NCBI GenBank assembly: GCA_964358205.1
Contig: CAYHNZ010000001.1
Location: 3,168 to 67,167, forward strand
Length of the DNA: 64,000 nt
Reading direction: 5' to 3'
Source: an uncultured Candidatus Saccharibacteria bacterium
Lineage (GTDB): Bacteria; Patescibacteriota; UBA1384; 2-12-FULL-50-11
Every line of letters begins with the position of its first letter. Positions within the stretch are counted from its first letter, which is position 1. Position numbers and translations under genes: made by a program. This document shows positions 29,613 through 38,766 of this stretch, piece by piece. The notes under the pieces were generated by a model. It saw only the letters and a list, made by a program, of their open reading frames with translations, was not told where the DNA came from and ran no database searches.

Positions 29613-30023
29613 TCAGGCGATTTGCTCAATATGTAGAGCGTGAGCTTGTTTTAGCAATTTCTTGTCATAGCTGAATAATTTAGAAATACCTGCGTCCAAC
29701 ATTAGCTGTAGTATCAATGCATCATTCACGCCGGTGTTTAATTTTTGGCCCAGGTCAGCATAGCGTAAAGCGAAATCAATACTCGGTGAAGGCTCAACTA
29801 GGATTAGGCCTGGTAGTTTAGCGATTCTTTCCACGGCCCTAACGATATCAGCATCGGGAGAGAGCTTTGATAAGACAAATAATACTTCCTCGATAATATG
29901 GTGCGAGGTTACAAGTTGCTCGTCATCATCTACCAGTTTTTGAAGGAGTCCAATGGTTTGGGAATGGTTATCAGATGTTTCATCTAAGTAATAGACCAGC
30001 ACATTAGCGTCTAGCAAAACCAT
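29613..30023 (-). CDS. vapC: PIN-domain ribonuclease toxin (VapC-like)
   Basis: 'MVLLDANVLVYYLDE...' with conserved acidic residues of PIN fold; 136 aa. Confidence 0.7.
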   Translation of the reverse strand: MVLLDANVLVYYLDETSDNHSQTIGLLQKLVDDDEQLVTSHHIIEEVLFVLSKLSPDADIVRAVERIAKLPGLILVEPSPSIDFALRYADLGQKLNTGVNDALILQLMLDAGISKLFSYDKKLLKQAHALHIEQIA

Positions 30024-30198
30024 TGGACTTCTTTCATAACCCCTATTTGACAGCTTAACTGGGAGCGATTTTGAGCGAAAGGCACGATCTTGTGAGAAGG
30101 CATAGACACATCTACGCTGACGAGCAAATCGTGACTTGTAGCCAAAGTCGCCAGTTGAGTTTGATCAATGGGGTTATGAAAGAAGTCCATTATTTGAG

Positions 30199-30438
30199 CT
30201 ACTCGTATTTACTCTCGGCAAGCTCGTTGAGATATTCCGGGGTTAATGGCCGACCGGCTTTTTCCTGCAGACGAAAGCCTCCGCCAATAACCTTGCGACT
30301 TTTAGCTGTAATAGAAAGCGGTTCAAGACGAGCAATGGGTCTGCCCGCCTTGCCAATGACAATCCGCTCTCCATTAGCCGCCCTCTCAAGTAGCTTGGAA
30401 AAGTTTGTTTTCGCTTCGTGTACATTGATTACATTCAT
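30199..30438 (-). CDS. Phd/YefM-family type II antitoxin
   Basis: 'MNVINVHEAKTNFSKLLERAANGERIVIGKAGRPIARLEPL' canonical Phd/YefM N-terminus; 79 aa. Confidence 0.75.
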   Translation of the reverse strand: MNVINVHEAKTNFSKLLERAANGERIVIGKAGRPIARLEPLSITAKSRKVIGGGFRLQEKAGRPLTPEYLNELAESKYE

Positions 30439-30539
30439 AACACTAGTCTAGTCGACTAAGTGGACTCTGTCAACAGCGACATTCAGTAATTTCGTAATTC
30501 TGTAATTCCCCGCTGTGACTGATTTAGGTTATTCTGGTA

Positions 30540-33254
30540 TTGATGGTATCAACTCACCCAACCCATACTCGTCCAGTGTCGAAAGATTTTTGGTCGCAAT
30601 CGAAGACCCAAGTCTTAACCGACTTGCGCAGTAACGAGCATCACGGCTTAACCAACCAGGAGGCTCGCCGTCGGCTACTAACTCACGGCTACAATGAGCT
30701 TAATAAACCCGATCGACCGTCGCCGGTCAAACTGTTAATTCGCCAGTTTATTAGCCCGTTCGTCTATATATTACTAGCCGCCTCGGCAATCTCGTTCTAC
30801 GAACGGCAGTGGACCGAGCTAGGGGTGATTCTGGTTGTTATCGTTGCCAACGGCATTATCGGTTTTTTGGAAGAATACCGAGCCGAACAAACCATCGGCA
30901 AATTACGGAGTATCCTTGCCCCCCAAGCCCGGGTTATTCGTGAATCGGTTGAGCAAAAAATTCCCGCCCGTTATTTAGTACCGGGCGACATTATTATCGT
31001 TGAAGCTGGTGATCGTGTTCCGGCCGATGCCCGGATACTTGAAGCTAGAAGTATGCGAGTTAATCAAGCGCCGTTAACGGGCGAATCGTTACCAGCTCAC
31101 AAACGCGACACGATTATTGCGAGTGCCTCGGCTCTGCTCGATCGGGACAATATGCTTTATCTGGCCACCCTAGTTGTCTCCGGTCGAGGGGTGGCGGTGG
31201 TTTGTGCCACCGGTATGGGAACGGAATTGGGCAGTATCGCCCGGGAAGTTTCGGGTGTTAAAGAAGCGCCGAGCGATCTGCAAAAAAAGTTACAGGTCTT
31301 GGGTTCTGCCCTACTACTGGCCTCGGTTGTTCTGTCGGTAATTTCTTTTGTCATCGGCTTTGCCAACGGCGTGCCGATTCTTCAGATGTTTCGGACGACG
31401 CTCGCCCTGTTGGTTTCGGTCGTACCAGAAGGTCTGCCGATTGCCCTAACGGTAACGCTCTCGATCGGTTTAACTAGATTGTTTCATCGCCACAGTTTGA
31501 TTCGCCAGCTCTCGGCCACCGAAACGCTGGGGAGTATCACAGTGCTGTGTGTCGACAAAACCGGCACCCTGACCGAAGGGGCAATGATGGTTGAAAAAAT
31601 AGTTCTGCCCTCGGGCGAGTATTCCGTTTCGGGTCGAGGTTTCGATTTGTCGGGCTCGTTCTTTGAAGCTGAAAACAAGATCACGGCGACCAAAGTGCCC
31701 CAGCTAGATTTGATTTTGAAACTAGCTAGCCTGGCGACGATGTCATCGATTTCCAAGGACGACTTGCTGAAAAATCGGGCCAAACAATTAACCGATCCGA
31801 CCGAAACAGCCTTGGCAGTGGTGGCGGCCAAAGCCGGATACTATGCCTTTGAGGAGGAGCGAGATTACCCAGAATTGCTGGAAATCCCTTTCGATCAAGA
31901 GCTTCGCTACTCGGCTTCAATTCATCAATTCGATCATCACCACCGAATCATCGTTAAGGGCTCGCCAGAGCGATTAATCGCTCTTTGCGATTATGTGGCC
32001 GGGACCAAAAAACGGCGATTGCTAAAAACCGACCGAGACAATTTATTGCGACAAGTCGACGAACTGGCAGGGGCGGGCTACCGGCTAGTGGCGCTCTCTT
32101 ACGCTGATTACCCGGCCTCGGCCAGCATTAATGCCAGCCTGGCGAAAAATCTCACCTGGGTTGGCCTGCTAGCGCTGGCTGACCCGATTCGTCCCGAAGC
32201 CAAAAAAGCTATTAGCAACGCCCTAGATGCGGGCATCCGAACAGTGATGATTACTGGCGACCACCTCTTAACCGCCGCTCACATCGCCCGTAAACTTGGT
32301 CTGGATCTTCAGGGCGAGATCGTTCACGCCCAAGACCTGGCTGGACACGATTTGCCTAAGGTGGCAGTCATTGCGCGGGCGACCCCTAAAGACAAACTGC
32401 TGATTGTTGAACGACTTCAACGGCACGGAGATCGGGTGGCAATGACCGGCGACGGGGTAAACGACGCTCCGGCCTTGAAGAAATCTGACATCGGCGTTTC
32501 TATGGGTCGAGGCGGTAGCGACATCGCCGTTGAGGCATCGCATATGGTTCTGCTCGATGATAACATCACCGGCATCGTCTTCGCCGTCGCTGAAGGGCGG
32601 CTAATTTGGGAGAACATCAAAAAAGTGGTTTACTACCTCGTTTCCACTAGTCTGGGGGAAATTCTAACGATTATTGGCGCCGTCTTACTCGGCTGGCCTC
32701 TACCTGTCCTGGCAGTGCAAATATTGTGGATGAATTTGGTCACGGACGGGGTGACTTCGATGGCGCTCGCCGTAGAACCGGCCGAGGAGGATCTGATGAA
32801 GCGACCGCCCAGAAACCTGAAAGAGCCGATTCTGTCGAGCTCAACTTTTGGTCGAATGATGCTGGTATCGGTGGTGATGGCGTTGGGGGCGTTGTTTATT
32901 TTTGAGCGCTTCGCCAGTGACCTGGTTTACGCTCGGTCAGCGACACTGACGACGCTGGTCTTTTTTCAGCTCTTTAATTTATTTAACAGTCGTTCGGCGA
33001 CGGCGTCCGTTTTCAAGATTAACTGGTTTGATAATCGATGGCTTCTATTAATGTTTGGTGTCGCGACAACCTTGCAATTGGGCGTCCTTTACTGGCCGAG
33101 CGTCAGCGGTGTTTTGGGCTTGACGGCCCTGGATTTACCGACGCTCGCTCTCTGTCTGGTGGTCTCTCTCTCGATTGTCTTAGTGGACGAGTTGCGTAAA
33201 TTAGGGCGTATAATGATGCTGTCTTGGGCTAAAACCCAAGCGGTGTTTAACTGA
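30540..33254 (+). CDS. Cation-transporting P-type ATPase (type IIA Ca2+-ATPase-like)
   Basis: 'CVDKTGTLTEG' phosphorylation site, 'MTGDGVNDAPALKKSDIGVSMG' hinge, 10 TM layout, 904 aa. Confidence 0.85.
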   Translation: MMVSTHPTHTRPVSKDFWSQSKTQVLTDLRSNEHHGLTNQEARRRLLTHGYNELNKPDRPSPVKLLIRQFISPFVYILLAASAISFYERQWTELGVILVVIVANGIIGFLEEYRAEQTIGKLRSILAPQARVIRESVEQKIPARYLVPGDIIIVEAGDRVPADARILEARSMRVNQAPLTGESLPAHKRDTIIASASALLDRDNMLYLATLVVSGRGVAVVCATGMGTELGSIAREVSGVKEAPSDLQKKLQVLGSALLLASVVLSVISFVIGFANGVPILQMFRTTLALLVSVVPEGLPIALTVTLSIGLTRLFHRHSLIRQLSATETLGSITVLCVDKTGTLTEGAMMVEKIVLPSGEYSVSGRGFDLSGSFFEAENKITATKVPQLDLILKLASLATMSSISKDDLLKNRAKQLTDPTETALAVVAAKAGYYAFEEERDYPELLEIPFDQELRYSASIHQFDHHHRIIVKGSPERLIALCDYVAGTKKRRLLKTDRDNLLRQVDELAGAGYRLVALSYADYPASASINASLAKNLTWVGLLALADPIRPEAKKAISNALDAGIRTVMITGDHLLTAAHIARKLGLDLQGEIVHAQDLAGHDLPKVAVIARATPKDKLLIVERLQRHGDRVAMTGDGVNDAPALKKSDIGVSMGRGGSDIAVEASHMVLLDDNITGIVFAVAEGRLIWENIKKVVYYLVSTSLGEILTIIGAVLLGWPLPVLAVQILWMNLVTDGVTSMALAVEPAEEDLMKRPPRNLKEPILSSSTFGRMMLVSVVMALGALFIFERFASDLVYARSATLTTLVFFQLFNLFNSRSATASVFKINWFDNRWLLLMFGVATTLQLGVLYWPSVSGVLGLTALDLPTLALCLVVSLSIVLVDELRKLGRIMMLSWAKTQAVFN

Positions 33255-33628
33255 TGAAACAGAAAAAGATTTTATTGGTCGAGGACAACGAGGAGCTCCG
33301 CCGACTCTACAAAGAGGCTTTTAGTCATCACGACTTCGCCGTTTTTGAATCTGGCGACGGCCAGTCAGCCATCGATTCCGCCTTACTTCATGCCCCGGAT
33401 ATTATCTTGCTGGATTTGATGTTACCTCGCCAGGGGGGACTGGGGGCGCTCAAAATTTTTCGCACCCTACCGGAGTGCAAGCACATCCCGATTATTATTC
33501 TGACGGCTCTGCCTAACCCCGAGTACAAAGAACAGGCCGAAGGTCGGGTTCAGGGCTACTACCTAAAAACCGAGATCACCCCGAAGGAACTGATTGAAAA
33601 AATCGAAACGTTGCTAGCACCCAGCTAA
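33254..33628 (+). CDS. Stand-alone response-regulator receiver domain (CheY-like); start overlaps ATPase stop (TGATG)
   Basis: 'KILLVEDNEELRRLY...DIILLDLMLP...IPIIILTA' receiver signature; 124 aa. Confidence 0.8.
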   Translation: MKQKKILLVEDNEELRRLYKEAFSHHDFAVFESGDGQSAIDSALLHAPDIILLDLMLPRQGGLGALKIFRTLPECKHIPIIILTALPNPEYKEQAEGRVQGYYLKTEITPKELIEKIETLLAPS

Positions 33629-33657
33629 ACTGACGAATCCTTGCTAGGGAAAGGGTA

Positions 33658-33720
33658 TTGACAAGCCGTGGTAGGTGTATATAATACACTTATATAGTGT
33701 AGAAAATACACTATTGTAGC
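33658..33720 (+). promoter_or_regulatory. Sigma-70-like promoter TTGACA-16nt-TATAAT (33658-33685) followed by operator-like palindromes (TACACT...AGTGTA) upstream of the SPFH operon
   Basis: Read directly: 'TTGACAagccgtggtaggtgtaTATAATacacttatatagtgtagaaaatacactattgtag'. Confidence 0.5.
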
Positions 33721-33766
33721 TTCACATTCATGTGTGCAAAGCGGAAAGAGCCTTCAGGAGACTAGA

Positions 33767-34642
33767 ATGTTTGGTATCTCACTGTTTCACTCGGCCGGTG
33801 CTACTGGCCACGTTTTCACTCTGAGTCGAGGAACGTTCCAGGACCGAGGTATCGGCTGGAGCGGACTGATCGGCCCGATGACCGCCGTGGCCGTCGTCCC
33901 CACAATCGCACAGGTGATCAACTTTTCTGTCGAAGCGTACACGCAAGACAGACAGCAGATCACCGTTAGCGGCAGTATTCAGGCCAGACTGAACGGCCAG
34001 GATGCTAAGAACAGTTTCGACTTCACCGTCGACAAACACAGCGGCGGCTACCGTAGCAGATGGGAGGCGCTACTCCAGCAGAGCATCGTCGAGCAGATTC
34101 TTGGTCCGATCCGGACCCAGGCGCTTAAACTCGATATCTCGACGGCCGTCACCTCGCAACCGCAATTTGAGGAAGCGATCCGTCAGGCGATCGCTGACAA
34201 GACCAACCCGCTCGTAGCCCGTGGCGTCACAATCGAAAGCTGCTCGGTCTCGACGGTCGAACCATCTGACGACGAAGTTAGCGAAGCGATCGGTTCCAAG
34301 GAGCGCGAAGATCTGCTCTCGGCGGCGGATACCGCCCGGCACGAACGTCGCTCCAAAGCGGCTAATCACGAGCGAGATATCAGAACTTTTGAGGCCGAAA
34401 CCAACCTCAAACTCGAAATGGATCGTTCCAAGCTAGTCGCCGAGCAGGGCAAGAACATGGTCGCGCTTGCCAAGTCGGAAGCCGAAGCCACCCAAGCTCG
34501 TCTCGAGCCGTTGACCAATATCGACCCCGGCAAATTGATGGCCGCGGCGCTGATGGTCGCTGCCGAGAAAGGAAAACTTGGCTCGCTTAACCTGACAACT
34601 GAGCTTCTCGCCGCAGTCACAGCGACTGAAAAAGGCGGCTAA
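33767..34642 (+). CDS. SPFH/band-7 (flotillin/stomatin-like) domain protein
   Basis: SPFH-like core followed by coiled-coil 'EAE..Q' region; start at 33767 has AGGAG 6 nt upstream. Confidence 0.55.
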   Translation: MFGISLFHSAGATGHVFTLSRGTFQDRGIGWSGLIGPMTAVAVVPTIAQVINFSVEAYTQDRQQITVSGSIQARLNGQDAKNSFDFTVDKHSGGYRSRWEALLQQSIVEQILGPIRTQALKLDISTAVTSQPQFEEAIRQAIADKTNPLVARGVTIESCSVSTVEPSDDEVSEAIGSKEREDLLSAADTARHERRSKAANHERDIRTFEAETNLKLEMDRSKLVAEQGKNMVALAKSEAEATQARLEPLTNIDPGKLMAAALMVAAEKGKLGSLNLTTELLAAVTATEKGG

Positions 34643-34644
34643 CG

Positions 34645-35556
34645 ATGGATCGCGTCGTCGTGGTTACTAAGCCAACTCGGCTCGAGGAGCTGATCCGGGA
34701 ACATCTCACTGAAGGGATGGCCCAGTTCTTCCTCGAATCGAAGGACGACTCCATCGCTCCGTATCGGGATGAACATACGACCTATCAAGACGCCTTGACC
34801 GCGGTTCGCCGCCAGATCCCCAACGATCTGGTAGTCACCACTGTCTCGCGGAGCGACTTACCGACGTTTCTCTTTCGAGACGACGATCTGGTGATCGTCT
34901 GCGGGCCAGACGGCCTGTTTGTCAACCTGGCTCAATACGTCACGAACCAGTTGGTGCTCGGAGTCAATCCCGATCCCGACAGCATCGCTGGCAACCTGAT
35001 GCCATTTGAGCCAACCCAGGTTGGCGACGTCATTACTCGCGTCAAGAACGACAAGTACCTCGTCGAGGATCTGCCGTTTGTCAAAGCGACGACGAGCGAC
35101 GACAAAGTCGTCTGGGGCATCAACGACATCTTTATCGGCCGCCGGGATCACATTTCGGCCCGATACAAGATTGCCTTTGGTAGTCGGGAGGAACGACACT
35201 CGTCGGACGGCGTGATCGTCTCAACTGGCGTCGGGACCAACGGCTGGTTACGTTCAATCGTGGCGATGGTCGATGGTCTAATCCCAGAACGGGGGCGCCA
35301 TCTTTTGACGCAGCTACCGGGTCCGACCGACTTAGAGCTAGTCTTCGTCGTTCGCGATCCGTTCCCCTCGCCGGTGACCGGCGCGACAATCGTGACCGGA
35401 CGAGTTGTCGTCGGGTCCTTGCTGAAACTAACCTCTGAGATGCCCAGGGGCGGCGTCATCTTCTCAGATGGCATTATCGAAAAGGGTGTCGACTGGCCGG
35501 CCGGTAGCACCGTGACCGTTACCGTTGGTGAACGTGTTGTTCACCGAGTTGTTTGA
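34645..35556 (+). CDS. ATP-NAD kinase / DAG-kinase-fold protein (divergent: GPDG instead of GGDG)
   Basis: 'VIVCGPDGLF' and 'DGVIVSTGVGTNGWLRSI' resemble NAD kinase GGDGT and DGxxVSTPTGSTAYS motifs. Confidence 0.45.
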   Translation: MDRVVVVTKPTRLEELIREHLTEGMAQFFLESKDDSIAPYRDEHTTYQDALTAVRRQIPNDLVVTTVSRSDLPTFLFRDDDLVIVCGPDGLFVNLAQYVTNQLVLGVNPDPDSIAGNLMPFEPTQVGDVITRVKNDKYLVEDLPFVKATTSDDKVVWGINDIFIGRRDHISARYKIAFGSREERHSSDGVIVSTGVGTNGWLRSIVAMVDGLIPERGRHLLTQLPGPTDLELVFVVRDPFPSPVTGATIVTGRVVVGSLLKLTSEMPRGGVIFSDGIIEKGVDWPAGSTVTVTVGERVVHRVV

Positions 35557-35619
35557 TAGAAAACCTTAGGGGGGCGAATAGCCCCCCTGTTCTTATAAAT
35601 GATATATTTCAATTAAACG

Positions 35620-36309
35620 ATGACAAAACAATCAAAAGAATCTTTCGTTGAGACTGTAGCTCGACTCAGGGTGGCAATCGCCGCCGTCGATGTCGTGCTT
35701 TTAAGTGTGCTCAAAAATAAAGTCCAAGTTTTTCTGATGCCGGTTCACCGGCCGCCGCACTACCGACATCAACATGGCGTACCAGGTGGGGTTATTCGTT
35801 CTGACGAATCGGCTGAGGCCTCGGCCAGGCGCCATCTCAGTGAAAAAGTAGGGGTCAAAGATGTTCATATTGAACAATTCCACACCTTCAGCGATCCCGA
35901 TCGTGATAAACGGAGCCGGGCGATTTCCGTCGCCTTTCTGGCCCTGGTCCCTGCTGTAGCCACTGATATAAATTCAACAGAAAGCGGCCAGTGGTTTCCG
36001 GTTTCCGCCTTGCCGGAGTTAGCCTTTGACCATAAAGATATGATTAAAGTCGCGGTCGAACGCTTGAAACTGAAATTGATAAACACCACTATCATTTCGA
36101 GCTTACTACCCGGGCAATTTACCTTGCCGCAGCTCCAAGAGCTCTACGAAATTATTCTCGCTCGACCGCTCGATAAGCGGAACTTCCGTCGCAAGATTAT
36201 TGCGCTTGATGTCGTTGAGACAGTCGGTCGACAGAAGGACAGTATTTATCGGCCAGCCAAACTCTTCTCCTTTAAGAAAAAGGGTACTCTTAGCAGTGAC
36301 GTTTTATAG
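35620..36309 (+). CDS. nrtR: NrtR-like regulator: N-terminal Nudix hydrolase-like domain + C-terminal winged-helix DNA-binding domain
   Basis: Nudix-box-like 'GGVIRSDESAEASARRHLSEKVGV'; C-terminal 'FTLPQLQELYEIILARPLDKRNFRRKI' typical of NrtR wHTH. Confidence 0.55.
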   Translation: MTKQSKESFVETVARLRVAIAAVDVVLLSVLKNKVQVFLMPVHRPPHYRHQHGVPGGVIRSDESAEASARRHLSEKVGVKDVHIEQFHTFSDPDRDKRSRAISVAFLALVPAVATDINSTESGQWFPVSALPELAFDHKDMIKVAVERLKLKLINTTIISSLLPGQFTLPQLQELYEIILARPLDKRNFRRKIIALDVVETVGRQKDSIYRPAKLFSFKKKGTLSSDVL

Positions 36310-36496
36310 CTCCTGACGTCGCCACAATCAGATCCAGGGTTACTACTTAAAAGCGGGATTAAGCCCGAGTAGCTGATTGGGGAGCACTAATCATCACCAG
36401 CTGCGTCAAGTAGTCGACTTAGGCCGGTTTTTTCGCTAAAATATCAGAGCTAAAAGGTTTTTTGGTCCATCGTCTACTTGGAGCAACAGAGCGACA

Positions 36497-36596
36497 AGCG
36501 AGCCCGAGCTTACGAGGGCGACAATGGCCTAGGACGCCTGGTTCTCACTTCGACCCGCCGGCTGGCGGGGAGAAGCGAGCTGATACTTACAAACTT
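36497..36596 (+). other. tRNA-Glu-like fragments upstream of the complete tRNA-Glu: D-arm piece 'TCGTCTA' + 47-nt insert + 'ATGGCCTAGGACGCCTGGTTCTCA' (D loop to anticodon CUC), then a second insert carrying the CCGCCGGCTGGCGG hairpin
   Basis: Aligns with inner tRNA-Glu 'TCGTCTAGTGGCCTAGGACACCTGGTTCTCAT'. Confidence 0.5.
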
Positions 36597-36673
36597 GGCG
36601 TGTTCGTCTAGTGGCCTAGGACACCTGGTTCTCATCCAGGAGATCACGGGTTCGACTCCCGTACACGCCGCCA
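36597..36673 (+). tRNA. tRNA-Glu (anticodon CUC), complete cloverleaf with encoded CCA; flanked by a perfect 9-bp inverted repeat GCTGATACT (36579-36587) / AGTATCAGC (36678-36686)
   Basis: GGCGTGT-TC-GTCT-AGTGGCCTA-GGAC-A-CCTGG-TTCTCAT-CCAGG-AGATC-ACGGG-TTCGACT-CCCGT-ACACGCC-G-CCA; matches bacterial tRNA-Glu D-loop signature. Confidence 0.85.
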
Positions 36674-36686
36674 AATCAGTATCAGC

Positions 36687-36775
36687 GACATCCAGGAGAT
36701 CACGGGCCTTCGCCCGCCGAAGCGGGGCTACTGCCCGCGAAGGCGGGGGTTCGACTCCTTCGTCACTGACTCGGT
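36687..36775 (+). other. tRNA-Glu-like 3' fragment ('ATCCAGGAGATCACGGG' anticodon-stem 3' strand + variable loop + T-stem 5' strand) continuing the upstream outer copy, followed by GC-rich hairpins and 'GGGGGTTCGACTCC' T-loop-like sequence
   Basis: Read directly; resumes the inner-tRNA sequence from anticodon-loop position 38 onward, then diverges. Confidence 0.45.
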
Positions 36776-36832
36776 TGATTTTTGTCATCAAGAGATATAC
36801 ACTAGCGCAGTATTCGTACCTAAGGAGTTGTT

Positions 36833-37636
36833 ATGGAAGAACCGATTGAAGAACAATTGTCATCGCTTCTTCGGCGACCGCTTCTAACGGTCGAGGAAGA
36901 ACGCTATCTAGCTCGTCAGATGCGCCTCGGTGGTTCGGAGGGAGCCGAGGCCCGAATTCGATTAATTGAGGGTAACATTCGTTTGGTAAATTCAATTGCC
37001 CATTCCTTCAACCGTCAGGAATACGTGAGCGACCTCATCGCCGAAGGAATGATTGGATTAGTGAGGGCTGTTGATGGATTTGATCCCGATAAAGGGTTCA
37101 GGCTCTCCACTTACGCCACTCCGTCCATTCGAAAAGCTATTTCGAAGTCGCTGGCTAATTTTCACAACAATCGCAATGTGGCCCGATTGCCAGATTATGC
37201 GGTTTGGGCACTTCGTCAGCTTCGCCAACTTATCGAGGAATCGCCGCAATTGCTGGGTGATATTGAGACTTTGGCGACAAGAATGGGAACGACACGAGAG
37301 ACGACGGTACTGTTGCTTTTTGCCCACCACGGTGGCCTGACGGCTCTATCGCTCGATGTGCCCGTCACGGGAGATTCCAGCACATCCTTCCTGGAAGTAG
37401 TTCCAGAGCTGAAAGTTGAGGATGCGAGCGTAGAATTGGTCGGTATTTTACTCGAACATTTAACAGAAAGAGAAGCTAAGATTTTCCGGCTTCATTATCT
37501 GGAGGGAGAGTTACTAGTTGAAATCGCGGCCAAAATGAATATCTCGATTACTGGGTTGGGAAGGATTATGTCTAGGGCCAAAGACAAGCTCCGCAGTAAA
37601 TATCCGACACTGACTGAATTAATCCTCGATTCCTGA
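36833..37636 (+). CDS. Sigma-70 family RNA polymerase sigma factor (regions 2-4)
   Basis: 'LIEGNIRLVNSIAHSF...DLIAEGMIGLVRAVDGFDPDKGFRLSTYATPSIRKAI' region 2; C-terminal HTH region 4; 267 aa. Confidence 0.8.
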   Translation: MEEPIEEQLSSLLRRPLLTVEEERYLARQMRLGGSEGAEARIRLIEGNIRLVNSIAHSFNRQEYVSDLIAEGMIGLVRAVDGFDPDKGFRLSTYATPSIRKAISKSLANFHNNRNVARLPDYAVWALRQLRQLIEESPQLLGDIETLATRMGTTRETTVLLLFAHHGGLTALSLDVPVTGDSSTSFLEVVPELKVEDASVELVGILLEHLTEREAKIFRLHYLEGELLVEIAAKMNISITGLGRIMSRAKDKLRSKYPTLTELILDS

Positions 37637-37725
37637 CCGTCACTAATGTGGCGGTCGTTTTTTAAAGGTAGGTATACTAAAGCTATGCTCATGTCAGTAT
37701 TGGTTTTAACACCTAATATTTCGAA

Positions 37726-38613
37726 ATGTCGTTAATTATTTTCTGGCTGATGCCAGTTGTGCTGTTATTGGTTTTAATTCTCTTGGTCCTGCCAATTATT
37801 AAGCCCCACCGAAACGGCCGTCTTTATGTCATCGAGCCGCTCGGCTGGTTGGTTACAACCTGGCAAGTAGCGCGGTTTGAGCCAAACACACAGTCGCTCG
37901 CCCGACTTTTTAAAGTGCTCGCTAGTAGCAATCTTTCGAAAGGCACACTGCTGGAGCAAATCATCGTCTCGGCGGCTGGAGCGCTTCGCATAAAATCCCA
38001 AACTACTTCTGCGACATTGATCGAACATCAGTCGATCGGACCGTTGGCCGAACGGTTTGTCCTGGAAATTAGCACCAAAACCCAATCGGTCATCGTTGGG
38101 CCGCTGGAGCAAATCGGAAGCTTGGTTGAGGATGAAAATATGGCCAAATACCGTATTTTGTCCCAAAAGTCCGCCGACCACGGCTACTTGGCGCTAACAA
38201 TTGCCACTGCTTTTGTTCACGGCGACAAACCCAAAAGAACCAAACATCGAATTGAGGGGCTAGTAGTGATTGAACCTAAGGTCGCCGTCGACCGAGCGGC
38301 AACATTGCAGAAACTTGGCCAAGACTCGGTTCGGTTTCTGTCTGTCGCGCCAGTTGGCTTTACCAGACATTTATATCAACAAATCTTTCCTGACCAAGCC
38401 CCCTTTGGTCTCGATGCCAAAGAGCTAGAAACAGTTCTGCCACCGAAATTTGCCGAAGCCGATTTGGAGAAGGCCGTCGTCGTCGGCGGAGCCGATATCG
38501 TCGCCCGCCATCAAGCCCTGCGAACTTGGCAACGTCGCTTTGACTGCGTCGTTGTCAGTATTAATCCTGAAGACCGAGATTTACCTATTACCCCCAAGAC
38601 CAACATTATCTAA
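37726..38613 (+). CDS. Hypothetical membrane-anchored protein (N-terminal TM)
   Basis: 'LIIFWLMPVVLLLVLILLVLPII' then soluble domain, no recognised motifs. Confidence 0.35.
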   Translation: MSLIIFWLMPVVLLLVLILLVLPIIKPHRNGRLYVIEPLGWLVTTWQVARFEPNTQSLARLFKVLASSNLSKGTLLEQIIVSAAGALRIKSQTTSATLIEHQSIGPLAERFVLEISTKTQSVIVGPLEQIGSLVEDENMAKYRILSQKSADHGYLALTIATAFVHGDKPKRTKHRIEGLVVIEPKVAVDRAATLQKLGQDSVRFLSVAPVGFTRHLYQQIFPDQAPFGLDAKELETVLPPKFAEADLEKAVVVGGADIVARHQALRTWQRRFDCVVVSINPEDRDLPITPKTNII

Positions 38614-38766
38614 ACACAGAATACCAACTTTCCCAGAATATTTCGTTAAACCCTGCGTATGTCATATAGGACATATTCGGTATTAGGGTCTTTGGGCTAT
38701 ACCTGTCTTCAAGCCCTCCCCATAGTTTGCTTTGGCTAAAACTCTCTGGTCGGGTAGAATACGGTA

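Noticed and set aside
36478-36849. ORFs 36478-36849 (+) and 36510-36791 (-) across the tRNA-Glu region
   Set aside because: They run straight through a complete tRNA gene and GC-rich hairpins, and the translations are Arg/Ser/Ala-rich with no domain-like features.
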